From: Bacillales bacterium UBA3620
Lineage (GTDB): Bacteria; Bacillota_I; Bacilli_A; RF39; UBA660
Direction of reading: 5' to 3'
DNA: 58,542 nucleotides
NCBI GenBank assembly: GCA_002375205.1
Contig: DFLL01000017.1
Span: 474-59,015 of the forward strand
In this document: positions 56,330 through 58,542 of the stretch, piece by piece
Layout: every line of letters starts with the position of its first letter
Numbering within the stretch: position 1 is the stretch's first letter
Translations under genes and position numbers: made by a program
The notes under the pieces: generated by a model
Told to the model about the DNA's origin: nothing
Database searches by the model: none
The model's input: the letters and a program-made list of their open reading frames with translations, nothing else

Positions 56330-58330
56330 TTACTCTTCTCCATTATAAATGATTAAATTATGTTGAGCTCTTGTACAAGCTACATAGAATAAATATTTTT
56401 CATTATCCTTATACTTATTATTCTCATCATTATAGACAATTACCGAATCAAATTCTAATCCCTTAGCTATATAAGAAGGTACCACGACTAAGTCTCTTTT
56501 AATATGACTATATCCATCTATTAGCATAATATCCGTATCTTCTTTTAGTAAGTTATATATCTTTTCTGCTTCTTCATCATCTTTTGTAATAATAGCAATA
56601 CTTTTAGAACTACTCTTTAAATTAGTAATATCATTAATAAAGTCTATTTTATTACATCCTTTTCTAAATAAAATATCACTAGCTTTATTATTTCTAATCG
56701 CTGTACTATGACTAAGACCTAATATCTTATTTGTATATTCAATTATCTTATAAGTAGAACGATAAGTCTTAGTAAGCGTAATATATTTAGAACTATCAAA
56801 GATACTTGTAAGTTCTTCTAAAGAATTATATTTATAATAAGGATTAATCGTCTGATTAGTATCTCCTAATATCGTGTAGTTAGAAGTCTTAAATGTTCTC
56901 TTAATAATTAAATATTGTAGTTTATTATAGTCTTGCGCTTCATCTATTACTACTTCTTTAATAATATGATTAGTATTAAATCCCACTAATAAACTTTTTA
57001 AATATAAGAATAAACATGCATCTTCATAATATAAATAATTATCTTTAATACTATCATTATATTTAGAATATTTACTACTAAAGAAGTTATTAAAAATACT
57101 CTTTAAATCTAATTTTATATTTAAATTATCTTTAAGTACTTTTTCAATACTCTTATAATTCTTCATATTACCATTATAATTATTCTCTGTAATCTTCTTA
57201 GCTATTTCTGTTACTCTTTCAAATAAAGGATACCTATCATATTTATGAGTAAGCATATTATTAAGTTCATCAGTAGATACTTCAATAAAATTATCAAATT
57301 CTAAATTCTTAGTAAATCTAATATTACTTATAATATCTTTAACATAATTATCTAAATCACTAATTATTTCATCAGATTGTTTATATTTAATTAAATCAAA
57401 ACTAGATATATTCTTCTTATAATACCTTGATATAAAGTCTGTAAAATTTTCTATTTCTTTATATTCATTAATATTTTGACAAAGTAAATCATAAAAAGTC
57501 ATACTATAAGTATTATCTTCTCCTAGTTCCGGAAGAACATTAGATATATACTCGGAGAATACTTTATTAGGAGTAAAGACAACTACATTATTAGAATTAA
57601 GATTAGGTATTCGATATAATAGAAAAGCTATTCTATGAAGAGCAACACTAGTTTTACCAGAACCCGCTATTCCTTCAACAATTAAATTTTTATCTTCGGT
57701 ATTTCTTATTACTTTATTTTGTTCTTCTTGTATCGTATTAACAATATTCTTCATTTTATCTGATGATTCTTCTGCAAGTACTTCTTGAAGTAGACTATCA
57801 CTAATATTTAAATCATTGTCAAAGATATTTTTAAGCTGTCCATTTTCTATAATATATTGTCTCTTTCTTGTTATTTCTCCCTCTATTCTTCCACCAGGAG
57901 CTTCATAACTAGCTAAACCAGTCTCATAATCATAGAACATACTACATATTGGGCTTCTCCAGTCATGTACATAATAATCAAGATTATCTTCAACATGAGT
58001 AATACCAATATAGATATCTGATTCCTCATCATCTTCTTTAAATCTTATCATACCAAAATAAGGTTTATTTTGGACTCTAAATAACTTTTGTAAATAATTA
58101 CCTTTTGACTGCATAATAGATACTTGTAAGTCCGATTCGGCCATCATTGTACGCATTTCACTAGGATCCATTTCGGTATGTGAATCCCAAATAAATTTCT
58201 TAAACTCAAGTACTTTTTCATCATCATCATAAAGCTCTTGTCCTAAAGATGAAATCTTCTTTCTAATAAGACTAACTGTCTTATTAAGATAATTTCTTTC
58301 TCTTTCAAATTCTTCTCTTTCAATTTTCAT
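56330..58330 (-). CDS. helD: HelD-family RNA polymerase recycling ATPase
   Basis: PYFG.I.F, YIG, DWRSPI, MKNIV.TIQ.EQ, G.AGSGKT.VALHR.A.LLY, DEAQD, KGLEFD and YVACTRA. Confidence 0.92.
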   Translation of the reverse strand: MKIEREEFERERNYLNKTVSLIRKKISSLGQELYDDDEKVLEFKKFIWDSHTEMDPSEMRTMMAESDLQVSIMQSKGNYLQKLFRVQNKPYFGMIRFKEDDEESDIYIGITHVEDNLDYYVHDWRSPICSMFYDYETGLASYEAPGGRIEGEITRKRQYIIENGQLKNIFDNDLNISDSLLQEVLAEESSDKMKNIVNTIQEEQNKVIRNTEDKNLIVEGIAGSGKTSVALHRIAFLLYRIPNLNSNNVVVFTPNKVFSEYISNVLPELGEDNTYSMTFYDLLCQNINEYKEIENFTDFISRYYKKNISSFDLIKYKQSDEIISDLDNYVKDIISNIRFTKNLEFDNFIEVSTDELNNMLTHKYDRYPLFERVTEIAKKITENNYNGNMKNYKSIEKVLKDNLNIKLDLKSIFNNFFSSKYSKYNDSIKDNYLYYEDACLFLYLKSLLVGFNTNHIIKEVVIDEAQDYNKLQYLIIKRTFKTSNYTILGDTNQTINPYYKYNSLEELTSIFDSSKYITLTKTYRSTYKIIEYTNKILGLSHSTAIRNNKASDILFRKGCNKIDFINDITNLKSSSKSIAIITKDDEEAEKIYNLLKEDTDIMLIDGYSHIKRDLVVVPSYIAKGLEFDSVIVYNDENNKYKDNEKYLFYVACTRAQHNLIIYNGEE

Positions 58331-58452
58331 CTAAATCATACCTCCTTACACGATGAAAAAACTACAATTAATGTAGCTTCATCTTAGATGATTCAAATTA
58401 AACTAATCGCAAATGTCTTCTTAATTGTAGTATATTATTAATTCTTTGTCAA
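58331..58452 (-). promoter_or_regulatory. helD promoter and structured leader with a terminator-like hairpin
   Basis: TTGACA-17-TACAAT; the leader contains GCTACA-ttaat-TGTAGT plus TTTTT just before the AAGGAGG RBS. Confidence 0.6.
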
Positions 58453-58542
58453 TTACTTTTTTTAAAATATTAATTCTAGCGCCATCAAAAACACGAACTA
58501 AGGCGGCAATATTTATGTTTAAGTTGTGTTAAACTTTATGAC

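Noticed and set aside
58470..58542. GC-richer non-coding stretch at the window end, possibly part of a structured RNA
   Set aside because: It is truncated by the window edge and shows no recognisable tRNA, tmRNA, 6S or RNase P motif.

Overview
This is a very AT-rich chromosomal window, mostly coded on the minus strand, from a genome-reduced, spore-forming Bacilli lineage. Gene content suggests RF39/UBA660-like gut Bacilli, but that is inference. Translation table 11 applies, since TGA ends rsmH and the PBP gene. Core genes include priA, xfp, smc/scpA/scpB, mraZ-rsmH-ftsL-pbp, topA, rpsU, pnp, rpsO, ruvB and helD. A minimal sporulation set is present: gerE (partial), a solo spoIIIAH, sirA, ylbJ and spoIIGA-sigE, with Spo0A-box promoters. 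Accessory content includes a type III CptIN toxin-antitoxin locus whose RNA repeats show pseudoknot covariation, and a two-peptide double-glycine bacteriocin-like locus missed by the ORF track. There is also a TasA/SipW-type surface protein with a DGR-like variable C-terminus next to an Flp pilin, a decayed comEC fragment, and several orphan proteins with basic C-termini. The most unusual signal is that three different accessory genes (ORF6N, RhuM, DinD) each carry a 27-31 bp in-frame palindrome inside their N-terminal domain. The ORF6N gene also has a second, 20/25-identical copy of its palindrome in its own 5' leader. No rRNA, tRNA, CRISPR array, transposase, integrase or reverse transcriptase was seen.
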